From contig CAWELN010000005.1 of the NCBI GenBank assembly GCA_963809795.1, forward strand, positions 23,772-87,771: a stretch of 64,000 nucleotides of DNA, in the 5' to 3' direction. Below the pieces are notes generated by a model. That model was not told the DNA's origin, did not search any database, and worked only from the letters and a program-made list of their open reading frames with translations. The DNA comes from an uncultured Actinomycetes bacterium (lineage in GTDB: Bacteria > Actinomycetota > Acidimicrobiia > IMCC26256 > DASPTH01). Of the stretch, positions 24,874-36,417 are shown piece by piece. Position 1 is the first letter of the stretch. Each line of letters starts with the position of its first letter. The position numbers and the translations under genes are program-made.

Positions 24874-25361
24874 GTGGTGGATGTTCAGTGTCGTCTGGCC
24901 GGTGACGAGGACTTCGCCTTCCTCGCGACGATGCTCGGCGAGGCCGCAGTCTGGCGGCCGAGCAAGCCGACACCGACCGGTGACCAGGTGCTCGCCGATC
25001 CGCGGTACGCGATGTACCTCGCTGGATGGCCGAGGCAAGGCGACTACGGGCTGGTTGCCGAACAGGACGGGCCGGTGGGCGCAGCCTGGTACCGGACATA
25101 CACCGAGGCGATCCACGGCTATGGCTTCGTCGCCGAGGACGTCCCAGAACTGTCGATCGCAGTCATCGCGATCCCGTCGGCACGAGGGAATCGGACGACG
25201 ACTCCTCATGGACCTCATCGACGCCAGCGTTGCTCAGGGACACTCGGCGATGAGTCTCAGCTGTCAGCGACGAGAATCCGGCGCGTGACCTCTACGAGTC
25301 GGTCGGCTTCGTGGAGGTCGAGAAGCGCGGATCAGCCAGCACCATGATCCGACACGCCTGA
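24874..25361 (+). pseudogene. GNAT N-acetyltransferase with two apparent frameshifts (about 25186 and about 25260)
   Basis: Frame 1: VQCRLAGDEDFAFLATMLGEAAVW...VPELSIAV..PSARG. Frame 2: IGRRLLMDLIDASVAQGHSAMSLS. Frame 3: VSDENPARDLYESVGFVEVEKRGSASTMIRHA*. Confidence 0.7.
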
Positions 25362-25578
25362 TCCCTCAAACTGAGCCACTACCTCACTGAGTACGGCCGC
25401 CGATCACCAGGCGAGCACCGCACAGCGCTGCGGATGACCCATCCGTCGACGCCTGAACATCGCCGGGGCAGCTGGTGTTGGGATACGCATGCACCGCCTC
25501 GTCCCTCTGGGCTTGACGACCTCGACGGCGTCCTCAGATGTGCCGTTGGAGGTCAGGGCGAACGTTGCCTGACGCGCA

Positions 25579-25902
25579 CTAACCCCGCGCCGGACGCCAG
25601 CGGAGCTGCTGCGGGGTCTCGCCCGGCTCGAGCGCGACCCCGAGCGCGAGGTCGAGCAGCTCGTTGGTCCGCTGCTGGGCGACCAGCATCTGCTCGAGGC
25701 GCCGGCGCAGCTCGAGCGCGGCCTCGTTCGCGGTCGCGCTCGTCGGGAGGTCGTCGATCACCGCCACCGCCTCGTGCAGACGGGCGGCGGAGTCGCTCAG
25801 CGCCGCGAGCACGTCGTCGAGCTGGTGCTGCAGGGCCGTGAGACGCGCCTCGGCGTCACGGGTGCGGGCGTCGAGCTCGTCCCAGCCCGGCCGGGCGTCC
25901 AC
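25579..25902 (-). CDS. Coiled-coil hypothetical protein (107 aa)
   Basis: GTG start. Helical heptad-like sequence DAEARLTALQHQLDDVLAALSDSAARLHEAV. A K/D-rich in-frame stretch upstream (25903..26005) lacks a start codon. Confidence 0.5.
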   Translation of the reverse strand: MDARPGWDELDARTRDAEARLTALQHQLDDVLAALSDSAARLHEAVAVIDDLPTSATANEAALELRRRLEQMLVAQQRTNELLDLALGVALEPGETPQQLRWRPARG

Positions 25903-26005
25903 CCGCCGCGCCAGCTTCGGGTCGCGCTTGGCGTCGCGCTTGACGTCGCCCTTGGCGTCGTCCTTCGCGGACGCGCTTCCCGGCCTTCTTGCCCGACCCC
26001 AAGCC

Positions 26006-27412
26006 TCAGAGCCTCTCCACGTTGGGCCCCGACAGCCGGAAGCGTGTGTCGAGCACGTAGCTGGCCTCGGCCACGACGAGGTCGAGATCCAGCCGGTCGT
26101 GATCCGTCAGCAGCACGACCGCGTCGGCCTCGGCGACCTCTTCTTTGGTGAGGTCGACGAGGGAGATCCGCGAATCGCGCGTCTCCTCGAGGTACGGCTC
26201 CACCGCCCGGACGTCGGCGCCCATCTCGACCAGGCGCTCGGCCACCATGACCGCGGGCGACTCCCGCACGTCGCCGGTGTTCGACTTGTAGGAGAGGCCG
26301 AGCACGAGGATCCGGCTGCCGTTCACGGCCATGCGGAACCGCTGGTTCAGCGCCGCGGTGAGCCGCCGGACGACGTGGTCGGGCATGTGGTCGTTGATGT
26401 CGTTCGCCAGCTCGATGAACCGGAAGCTCCGACCCAGCGAGTGCTGGACGCTCCACGAGAGGTAGCTCGGGTCGATCGGCAGGCAGTGGCCACCCACGCC
26501 GGGACCGGGCACGAAGCGCATGAACCCGAAGGGCTTGGTCGACGCGGCCTCGATCGCCTCGTAGATGTCGATGTTCATGTCGCCGGCGAACATGGCGAGC
26601 TCGTTCACCAGCGCGACGTTGACGTGGCGGAAGGTGTTCTCGAGCAGCTTGGTGAGCTCGGCCTCCGCGGTGCCCGACACCGGCACCACCGAGTCGACGA
26701 GCGTTTCGTAGAAGTCCTGCACCGAGCGCAGCGACGCGGCGTCGACGCCGGAGACGACCTTCGGCGTGTTGACGAACGTGTGCTGCGTGTTGCCGGGGTC
26801 GATGCGCTCGGGGCTGTACCCGACGTGGAAGTCCTCCCCCGCGCTGAGGCCGGAGCCTTCCTCGAGGATCGGGACCACCAGCTCCTCGGTGGTGCCCGGG
26901 TAGGTCGTCGACTCGAGGATGACGGTCGCGCCGGGCCGGAGGTAGCGGGCCAGGGTGGACGCCGCCGACTCGATGTAGGACAGGTCGGGCGCACGCTCGG
27001 TGAGCGGCGTCGGCACCGTGATGACCGCATAGTCGAAGCCCCGGCACGCCCGGGCTTCGCTCGACGCGGTGTACCGCTCGCTGGCGAGCGCCTCCCGCAG
27101 GGCGGCGTTGGAGACGTCCTCGACGTAGGACTCGCCGCTGATGAGCCGCTTGACCCGGTCGACGTCGGGATCGAAGCCCACCACCCGGTAACCCACTTCG
27201 ACCGCCCGCATGGCGACGGGCAGGCCGACGTATCCCTGGCCGGCCACGACGAGCTTCGGCGGCGCCGACGGCCCCGGGGCGTCGCGCGATCCGGGCGGGT
27301 GGGTCTGGTCGTCGTCGATCACTCGTGCCCTCGATTCGGAGGTTGCCGCCTGCCCGGTCAGTTTGGGCGTTCCCCCGCCGTCCCCAGGTCCTGCTCCGGG
27401 CAATTCAAGCAC
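26006..27412 (-). CDS. Nucleotide-sugar dehydrogenase (UDP-glucose/GDP-mannose dehydrogenase family)
   Basis: Rossmann VVAGQGYVGLPVA and catalytic PGPGVGGHCLPIDP. The first ~50 aa of the ORF look non-native, so the start is uncertain. Confidence 0.9.
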   Translation of the reverse strand: MLELPGAGPGDGGGTPKLTGQAATSESRARVIDDDQTHPPGSRDAPGPSAPPKLVVAGQGYVGLPVAMRAVEVGYRVVGFDPDVDRVKRLISGESYVEDVSNAALREALASERYTASSEARACRGFDYAVITVPTPLTERAPDLSYIESAASTLARYLRPGATVILESTTYPGTTEELVVPILEEGSGLSAGEDFHVGYSPERIDPGNTQHTFVNTPKVVSGVDAASLRSVQDFYETLVDSVVPVSGTAEAELTKLLENTFRHVNVALVNELAMFAGDMNIDIYEAIEAASTKPFGFMRFVPGPGVGGHCLPIDPSYLSWSVQHSLGRSFRFIELANDINDHMPDHVVRRLTAALNQRFRMAVNGSRILVLGLSYKSNTGDVRESPAVMVAERLVEMGADVRAVEPYLEETRDSRISLVDLTKEEVAEADAVVLLTDHDRLDLDLVVAEASYVLDTRFRLSGPNVERL

Positions 27413-27437
27413 GTTCCCGACCGCCGCTCGGCCAGGG

Positions 27438-28499
27438 TCAGCCCGGCGTGGTCGGGGGCGTGACCGTCGTGCTGGTGGCGGGGACGACCGTCGTCGCCGG
27501 CGGGGCGGTGGTGGAGGGCGCGACGGTCGTGGTGGGCGGCGCCGCCGTGGTCGGCGGTGCGAGCGTCGTCGGGACCGGGACCTCGCCGCGCAGGTACGGC
27601 CACGCCCACGAGCCGGTGGTGGCGTAGTCGTAGATCGACCAGCCCACGGCGTTCGTGGCGCGAGCGGCGCGCGTCATGTCGAGGTAGTCGTCGGGCGTGC
27701 TGTCCTCCGCGAGCCCACCGATGACGTGCACCGGCGCCGCGGGATCACCGAGGTGACGCCGCAGGCGATCGACGCTGTCGACGGTGTAGCGGTACGCGCT
27801 GCGGAGACCCGACTCCGGCGAGCGGAACGTGTAGTAGCTCATCGGCATCCACACGTCGACGTACTTCGCCAGCCCCCGGTACGGGAAGTCGGGCCACAGC
27901 GTCGTGTTCAGCAGCTCCAGCTGCACCGCCGGGTAGACGATCGACGCCACCGGCACGGAGGTGCCGACGAGCGTGCGGACCTTGCGGGCGAAGGCGACCG
28001 TCCGCCGGTTGCGGAGGGCGACGTCGGCGACCTCGGTGGACTCGAGGTCGAGGGCGATGCCGTCGACGCGCTCACCTCCGGCGCGCAACGCGACGATCTG
28101 CTTCATCATCGCGAGGTCGTCCGCGGGCGCGGTGAGCGCGGGCAGGAACCACGGGATGACGGCCATGCCGCGGTCGTGGGCGCGCTGGAGGATGGCACGG
28201 AGCTCGGCGCGGTCGGTGAGCTGGTTCGACGGCGCGCCGTCGGGGTTGGCCACCTGCACGTAGAGCGTGCGGACACCGAGCGCGGCCATGTCCGACACCG
28301 AGTCGGGCGTCACCCGCGGCGCCGTCCCCGCGGTCTGCAACCGGGGCGCGTAGTCGAACACGTCGATCCAGGCCCCGACCCGACGGAACGGCGTCAGCGA
28401 GGCGCCGTCCGCGCCCGCCGGCGTGACGGCCGCGAGCATCGGCACCAGGATCAGCCCCGCCACGACGGCGACACAAGACCGAACCGCCGCCTGCTGCAT
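27438..28499 (-). CDS. Secreted glycoside-hydrolase-like (GHL/DUF4015-type TIM barrel) protein with Pro/Thr-rich tail
   Basis: The ATG at 28499 gives a signal peptide VAVVAGLILVPMLAAVTPAGA. Core: GAWIDVFDY...RTLYVQV...IPWFLP...DGIALDLE. C-terminus: PTTLAPPTTAAPPTTTVAPSTTAPPATTVVPATSTTVTPPTTPG. Confidence 0.7.
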   Translation of the reverse strand: MQQAAVRSCVAVVAGLILVPMLAAVTPAGADGASLTPFRRVGAWIDVFDYAPRLQTAGTAPRVTPDSVSDMAALGVRTLYVQVANPDGAPSNQLTDRAELRAILQRAHDRGMAVIPWFLPALTAPADDLAMMKQIVALRAGGERVDGIALDLESTEVADVALRNRRTVAFARKVRTLVGTSVPVASIVYPAVQLELLNTTLWPDFPYRGLAKYVDVWMPMSYYTFRSPESGLRSAYRYTVDSVDRLRRHLGDPAAPVHVIGGLAEDSTPDDYLDMTRAARATNAVGWSIYDYATTGSWAWPYLRGEVPVPTTLAPPTTAAPPTTTVAPSTTAPPATTVVPATSTTVTPPTTPG

Positions 28500-28628
28500 T
28501 CGCTCGCTGCGCAGTGCGGCGCAAGGCGGCACCTGGAGCCGAGCGGTCGAGCGCGGGTGTCGCTGGCGAGCCTCCTCCGCTCGCTGCGCACGTACTCCGG
28601 CGGCCGCATCGGCGCAGGCTAGGGGCAG
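28500..28628. repeat. Family-2 intergenic repeat, partial copy
   Basis: ATTCGCTCGCT ... TCGCTGGCGAGCCTCCTCCGCTCGCTGCGCACGTACTCCGGCGGCCGC aligns with 31540..31640 and 42954..43050. Confidence 0.5.
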
Positions 28629-29024
28629 CTATGTGCGGGCGACCTTCAGGCGGGTCTCGGCCCGGTCCAGTGCCGCCAGCGCCTCTTCGTTGTCCGGGTC
28701 GCGGGCGAGGGTCTCCTCGGCCCGGCGCTTGGCCGATTCGGCCCGGGGGACGTCGATCTGCTCCCGGAGCTCGGCGAGGTCGGAGAGCACCACGAGGTTG
28801 TCGCCGGTCATCTGCACGAACCCGCCGTGCACCGCCGCCGCCTCCTCGCCGGAACCGGGGAGGATGATGCGCAGCTCGTCGTCGGCGAGCGCGCCGAGAT
28901 AGGGCACGTGCCCGATGAGGAACGCGATGGAGCCCTCGATCGGACGGCAGACGACCATCTCGGCCTCGCCGTCGAACAGGATCTTCTCCGGCGAGACCAG
29001 CTGCACCGGGAACGCGGTGGGCAT
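28629..29024 (-). CDS. atpC: F1 ATP synthase epsilon subunit
   Basis: VQLVSPEKILFDGEAEMVVCRPIEGSIAFLIGHVPYLGAL. Last gene of the atp operon. Confidence 0.95.
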   Translation of the reverse strand: MPTAFPVQLVSPEKILFDGEAEMVVCRPIEGSIAFLIGHVPYLGALADDELRIILPGSGEEAAAVHGGFVQMTGDNLVVLSDLAELREQIDVPRAESAKRRAEETLARDPDNEEALAALDRAETRLKVART

Positions 29025-29040
29025 TACAGACTCCCTAACT

Positions 29041-29092
29041 GGTCGATTCCGCTCCGCCGTCCCGCCCTCCGGGCACGGCTCCGCTGCATCTC

Positions 29093-29093
<1 letters not shown>
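29041..29093. repeat. Family-1 repeat unit filling the atpD-atpC spacer
   Basis: GGTCGATTCCGCTCCGCCGTCCCGCCCTCCGGGCACGGCTCCGCTGCATCTCC is the reverse complement of the 62-nt unit at 58877..59070, with 3 mismatches. Confidence 0.9.
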
Positions 29094-31535
<2,442 letters not shown>

Positions 31536-31539
31536 CTCT

Positions 31540-31640
31540 ATTCGCTCGCTCTCTGCGAGGCGGGATACCCGCCTCGCGGACGTTCGCTCGCTGGCGAGCG
31601 CCCTGCGCTCGCTCCGCTCGTCTCCGGGCGCCGCGTCGTG
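31540..31640. repeat. Family-2 intergenic repeat with a perfect 10-bp hairpin (31555..31577)
   Basis: ATTCGCTCGCTCTCTGCGAGGCGGGATACCCGCCTCGCGGACGTTCGCTCGCTGGCGAGCG..., in the unusually long (173 nt) atpA-atpG spacer. Confidence 0.85.
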
Positions 31641-31708
31641 CGGACCGCTGTGGGCACCACGGCCCTACTTGCTCTCTGCGAGACGGCGAGCACGTCGGTC
31701 ACCATGGC

Positions 31709-33319
31709 CTATTCGCTCGCTGCCACTTCGGCTTCGGTTTGTGCGTCTGCTTCGGCTTCGAGGGGACTGCCCTCGACGACCACGGTCTCGGTCGCACCGG
31801 AGTCGAGGCCGGCGACGAACGAGTCGTGGAACGCGTTCACGGCGTGGGCGAGTGAGTCGTCGTCGGGCAGGGCCCCGGTGTCGCGGATGGTCGCCAGCAG
31901 GCCGGTGTGGCGGGTCTGCACCCACTCGTGGAGCTCGTTCTCGAAGCGGCGCACCTGGTCGACCGGCAGGTCGTCGAGCGCGCCGGAGGTGCCGGCGTAC
32001 ACCGACACGACCTGGAGCTCGACCGGCATCGGCGAGTTGAGCGGCTGCTTCAGGAGCTCGACCAGGCGGTACCCACGGTCGAGCTGTGCCTTCGACACCG
32101 CGTCGAGGTCGGAGGCGAAGGTCGCGAACGCCTCCAGGTCGCGGAACTGCGCGAGGTCGACCTTGAGCGTGCCGGCCACCGAGCGCATGGCCCTGATCTG
32201 CGCCGCGCCACCGACCCGGGACACCGAGATGCCCACGTCGACCGCCGGGCGCACACCCGAGCGGAACAGGTTCTCCTGCAGGTAGATCTGGCCGTCGGTG
32301 ATCGAGATCACGTTGGTGGGGATGTACGCCGAGACGTCACCCGCCTTGGTCTCGATGACCGGGAGCGCGGTGAGCGACCCGGCACCGAGCGCCTCGCTCA
32401 GCTTCGCGGCGCGCTCCAGCAAGCGGCTGTGCAGGTAGAAGACGTCGCCCGGGTAGGCCTCACGACCCGGCGGGCGGCGCAGCAGCAGCGACAGCTGGCG
32501 GTACGCCTCGGCCTGCTTCGACAGGTCGTCGTAGACGACGAGCGCGTGCTCGCCGTTGTTCATCCAGTGCTGGCCGATGGCGCAGCCGGCGTAGGGCGCG
32601 AGGTACTTGAACACCGCGCTGTCGGCCGCGGGCGCGTTGACCACGACCGTGTACTCCATCGCTCCGTGCTCATCGAGCGTGGCGACGGTCTGCGCGACGG
32701 TGGAGCCCTTCTGACCCACCGCGACGTAGATGCACTTCACGCCCTGGCCCTTCTGGGCGAGGATCGTGTCGATCGCGACCGTGGTCTTGCCGGTCTTGCG
32801 GTCACCGATGATGAGCTCCCGCTGGCCGCGCCCGATCGGCGTCATGGCGTCGATGGCCTTGATGCCGGTCTGCAGCGGCTCGTGCACCGGCTGGCGGCCG
32901 ACGATCCCCGGGGCCTGCACCTCCAGGCGTCGCACCTCGGTGGCGTTCAGCGGGCCCTTGCCGTCGATCGGCTGACCGAGGCCGTTGACGACGCGCCCGA
33001 CGAGCGGGTCGCCGACCGGCACCGAGAGGATCCGGCCGGTCGCCTTGACCGCGCTGCCCTCCTCGACGTGGCTCGCCTCACCGAGGATGACCGCGCCGAT
33101 CGACTCCTCGTCGAGGTTCAGGGCCAGCCCGAGGGTGCCGCCTTCGAACTCGAGCACCTCGTTCACCGAGGTGTCGGGGAGGCCCTGCACCCGGGCGATG
33201 CCGTCGCCGACCTCGAGCACGCGACCGACCTGGTCCTTCTCGAGGGTGGGCGAGAACGTGGCGACGTGCTCGCGCAGCGCGGCGGCGATCTCGTCTGCAT
33301 TGATCGTCAGTTCGGGCAT
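31709..33319 (-). CDS. atpA: F1 ATP synthase alpha subunit
   Basis: Walker [14 protein letters not shown], and the typical length. Confidence 0.98.
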   Translation of the reverse strand: MPELTINADEIAAALREHVATFSPTLEKDQVGRVLEVGDGIARVQGLPDTSVNEVLEFEGGTLGLALNLDEESIGAVILGEASHVEEGSAVKATGRILSVPVGDPLVGRVVNGLGQPIDGKGPLNATEVRRLEVQAPGIVGRQPVHEPLQTGIKAIDAMTPIGRGQRELIIGDRKTGKTTVAIDTILAQKGQGVKCIYVAVGQKGSTVAQTVATLDEHGAMEYTVVVNAPAADSAVFKYLAPYAGCAIGQHWMNNGEHALVVYDDLSKQAEAYRQLSLLLRRPPGREAYPGDVFYLHSRLLERAAKLSEALGAGSLTALPVIETKAGDVSAYIPTNVISITDGQIYLQENLFRSGVRPAVDVGISVSRVGGAAQIRAMRSVAGTLKVDLAQFRDLEAFATFASDLDAVSKAQLDRGYRLVELLKQPLNSPMPVELQVVSVYAGTSGALDDLPVDQVRRFENELHEWVQTRHTGLLATIRDTGALPDDDSLAHAVNAFHDSFVAGLDSGATETVVVEGSPLEAEADAQTEAEVAASE

Positions 33320-33320
33320 G

Positions 33321-33851
33321 TCAGATCTGCTCCCGCAGTTGTTCGAGCCGGTGACGGACGGAGCCGTCGATCACGAGGTCACCCACCCGGGCGACGACGC
33401 CTCCGAGCACGGACGGGTCGACGACGACCTTCACCTCGACGTCTTTCCCCGTTGCCCGGTTCAAGGCCTCACGGAGCCGCTCGGTCTGCTCGGGCGTGAG
33501 CTCGATCGCGCTCCGGACCTCGGCCACCGCCCGCCGCTGCTCGGCCGCCGCCAGCTCCACGAACCGGTCGATGATCGCGGGCAGCTCGCTGGCCCGGCCG
33601 GCGGCGATGATCAACGATGCCAGCGCCGCGCTCGCCTGGAGCGCCTTGCCGCCGAGCAGGTCCTCGACCACCGCCACCCGCCGTTCGGTGGGCAGCGCGG
33701 GATCGGTGAGCGCGGTCCGCAGCTCGTCGGACCCCTCGAAGGTCCGCGCGAAGCGGAACAGCTCGTCCTGGATGTCGGCCATGTGCCCCTCGGCGCGGCT
33801 CACCTCGAGCAGCGCGTGGGCGTAGGCCTCGACGCGAGGGGTCGACGGCAC
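33321..33851 (-). CDS. atpH: F1 ATP synthase delta (OSCP) subunit
   Basis: 176 aa. C-terminal [30 protein letters not shown] is the OSCP signature region. Confidence 0.9.
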   Translation of the reverse strand: MPSTPRVEAYAHALLEVSRAEGHMADIQDELFRFARTFEGSDELRTALTDPALPTERRVAVVEDLLGGKALQASAALASLIIAAGRASELPAIIDRFVELAAAEQRRAVAEVRSAIELTPEQTERLREALNRATGKDVEVKVVVDPSVLGGVVARVGDLVIDGSVRHRLEQLREQI

Positions 33852-33853
33852 GG

Positions 33854-34393
33854 CTAGTTGCTCCCTACCTGGTTGATGTAGCTCTCGATGAGGGCGGTCT
33901 GGGTCTGGCGGTCGAGGTTGCGCTCGACGACCTTCTCGGCCAGCTCGATCGACAGCTCGGCCACCCGGCCCTGGAGGTCGGCCATGGCCCGCTGGGTCGC
34001 GAGCCGGATGTCCTCCGCGGCGCGGGCACGGAGCTCCGCGATCTCGCCGTCGACCGCCGCGATGCGCTCCTGGCGCACGCTGTCGGCCTGCGCCCGGGCC
34101 TCCTCGATGATCTGGCTGGCGTCGTTGCGGGCGTCGGCCAGCTGACGCTTGTACTCGTCGAGCGACGTCTCAGCTTCCACGCGAGCCTGCTCCGCCTTGT
34201 GGAGGTCTTCCCGGATGCGTTCCTGACGGGCCTCGAGGCCCGCCTTGATCGCCGGCCACGCCTTCCACGCCAGGAGTCCGAAGACGATGAGGAAGGAGAT
34301 CGAGCCCCAGAGCAGCTCCTTGCCTTCCGGCAGGATCGGGTTCTTGGCCTTGACGTTGACCTCTTGGGCCGCGAGCAACAGGGTTGCGAACAC
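33854..34393 (-). CDS. atpF: Fo ATP synthase b subunit
   Basis: The GTG at 34393 follows GGGGAGGGG. One N-terminal TM (LLWGSISFLIVFGLLAW) is followed by a long charged helix. Confidence 0.85.
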   Translation of the reverse strand: MFATLLLAAQEVNVKAKNPILPEGKELLWGSISFLIVFGLLAWKAWPAIKAGLEARQERIREDLHKAEQARVEAETSLDEYKRQLADARNDASQIIEEARAQADSVRQERIAAVDGEIAELRARAAEDIRLATQRAMADLQGRVAELSIELAEKVVERNLDRQTQTALIESYINQVGSN

Positions 34394-34407
34394 CGTCGTC
34401 CCCTCCC

Positions 34408-34701
<294 letters not shown>

Positions 34702-35478
34702 CTAGTGCTCGGGGTGGAGCGCGTCACCGAGGTACACCGCCGTGAGCAGGGTGAAGATGTACGCCTGGAGGAACGCGACGAGGAGCTCGAATGCGATCAC
34801 ACCGATGTTCAGCAGGAACGGGCCGACCGCGATGACCTTGAGGATTCCGGGGTTGTGAGACAGGGCGTACGCGGTGAGCAGCGACAACGCCGTGAGCAGG
34901 ATGTGGCCCGCCATCATGTTGGCGAGGAGTCGGACGGCCAGCGAGAAGGGCCGCACCAGGAAGAGCTGCACGAACTCGATCGGGGTGACGAGGAGGTACA
35001 GGGCCTTGGGTACGCCCGGCGGGAAGAGGTGGCCGGTGAGGTACTTGAACCCCTGGCTCCTGAAGCCCACGACGAGGTAGATGACGTAGGTCTGGAGCGC
35101 CAGGTACCCCGGGATGCCCATGCGTGCCGTCGGCGGGAACTGGATCCCCGGGATCACTTCCCAGATGTTCAGGAAGAGGATGAACAAGAAGAGCGTGCCG
35201 AGGAACGGCGTGAAGCGGCCGGCGTCGTGCCCGACGACGTCCTTGGTGATGCCGTTGTCGACGAACTCGTAGGTCATCTCGACGACGTTCTGCACACCCG
35301 TGGGTTGCAGCTTCATCTTCCGGCTGCCGGCGAACATCAACACGAGGATCGCAATTGACGAGATGATCACCAGCAGCGCGGTCTTGTTGATCGCGAAGGG
35401 TGTGCCCTCGAACCAGATGTCCTTCCACCGGAAGATCTCGTCGATGGGCGGGAACGTAAAGGCGCCGAGCACAGGCAC
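34702..35478 (-). CDS. atpB: Fo ATP synthase a subunit
   Basis: FSLAVRLLANMMAGHILL contains the essential Arg motif. Multiple TM segments. Confidence 0.95.
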   Translation of the reverse strand: MPVLGAFTFPPIDEIFRWKDIWFEGTPFAINKTALLVIISSIAILVLMFAGSRKMKLQPTGVQNVVEMTYEFVDNGITKDVVGHDAGRFTPFLGTLFLFILFLNIWEVIPGIQFPPTARMGIPGYLALQTYVIYLVVGFRSQGFKYLTGHLFPPGVPKALYLLVTPIEFVQLFLVRPFSLAVRLLANMMAGHILLTALSLLTAYALSHNPGILKVIAVGPFLLNIGVIAFELLVAFLQAYIFTLLTAVYLGDALHPEH

Positions 35479-35493
35479 GGACAGCTCCCCTTC

Positions 35494-35946
35494 CTACTGC
35501 CGGCCCGGCTTCAGGCCGGGGTAGCCCAATGTGAGACTGACGTGACGCGACTCCCAGGTGAGGAGCGCGAGGTGGACGACGGCGACGGTGAGCAGCAGCA
35601 CGCCGATGTCGATCCAGGCGATGGTGTCGAGCGCGAGCGCGATGCCGAACAGGATCCCGAGCCGCACGATGTATCCACCGAGCACCACGCCCATCACCGC
35701 ACCGGGCGAGCGCCGGGCGGTGTAGGTGATGAGGGCGGCGGACGCGAGGAAGTTGAGGCTGACGAGCACCAGGCCGATGGCCGCGCTGATGAGACCGTCC
35801 ACGCCGCTGACCAGACCGGCCACCAGCAGCACCGCGGGCGACACGATCAGGACCCGCCGCACGAGGTCGCCGGCGATCTGGCCCTCGTAGGCGACCGACG
35901 GGTCGGCGGAGGCGATCTCGGGGTTCACTGCGTGTGTCGCGCCCAT
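35494..35946 (-). CDS. ATP synthase protein I-like membrane protein
   Basis: ATG at 35946. Four hydrophobic segments. The position immediately upstream of atpB matches other actinobacteria. Confidence 0.65.
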   Translation of the reverse strand: MGATHAVNPEIASADPSVAYEGQIAGDLVRRVLIVSPAVLLVAGLVSGVDGLISAAIGLVLVSLNFLASAALITYTARRSPGAVMGVVLGGYIVRLGILFGIALALDTIAWIDIGVLLLTVAVVHLALLTWESRHVSLTLGYPGLKPGRQ

Positions 35947-36185
35947 GGCTTCCCCTCGTCGTGTCGGGCGATGCGGTCGCGGTACTCGTAGTAGGCGGTG
36001 ACGCACGACGCGAGCACGCCGAAGAGCCCGAACGTGAGGAGCAGCGCGGGCGACGTCCCGAGCTTGCCGTCGAGGAACGCCCCGAAGAGCCCGAAGAGCA
36101 CGGGGCCCACGACGAGCGTCAGTGCCTGGGTCAGGCCGTCGCCGTACCCCTTCTTCTCACGTGCCGACTGGTCGGCTGCGTCCAC
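35925..36185 (-). CDS. AtpZ/AtpI-like small membrane protein
   Basis: GTG at 36185. GDGLTQALTLVVGPVLFGLFGAFLDGKLGTSPALLLTFGLFGVLAS. Overlaps the next gene by 22 nt. Confidence 0.55.
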   Translation of the reverse strand: MDAADQSAREKKGYGDGLTQALTLVVGPVLFGLFGAFLDGKLGTSPALLLTFGLFGVLASCVTAYYEYRDRIARHDEGKPWARHTQ

Positions 36186-36330
36186 CCGGGAAATCCCTCC
36201 GTACCTGGGCGCGTCACAAGCACCAGGCGCTTGTGAATGTATTCGCAAGCTATCCGACACCCTCTCGAAACGTCAAACCGGGCGCCGTCTGGAGGCCGAT
36301 ATTTTCCGGCCGGGAGGACCCTAGTCCAAC

Positions 36331-36417
36331 GGTCGATTCCGCTCCGCCGTCCCGCCCTCCGGGCACGGCTGCGCTCCATCTCTTGCCCAACGGTCGATTC
36401 GGCTCCGCCGTCCCGCT
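36331..36417. repeat. Family-1 repeat: one full and one partial copy
   Basis: 36331..36383 is GGTCGATTCCGCTCCGCCGTCCCGCCCTCCGGGCACGGCTGCGCTCCATCTC. 36392..36417 is GGTCGATTCGGCTCCGCCGTCCCGCT, which runs into the wecA stop codon. Confidence 0.85.

Noticed and set aside
25903-26005. K/D-rich in-frame extension (SASAKDDAKGDVKRDAKRDPKLARR) upstream of the coiled-coil gene as a missed N-terminus
   Set aside because: That frame has no ATG/GTG/TTG before 25902. A TTG exists only in another frame, so one more frameshift would have to be invoked. Noted as possible, but unsupported without read data.
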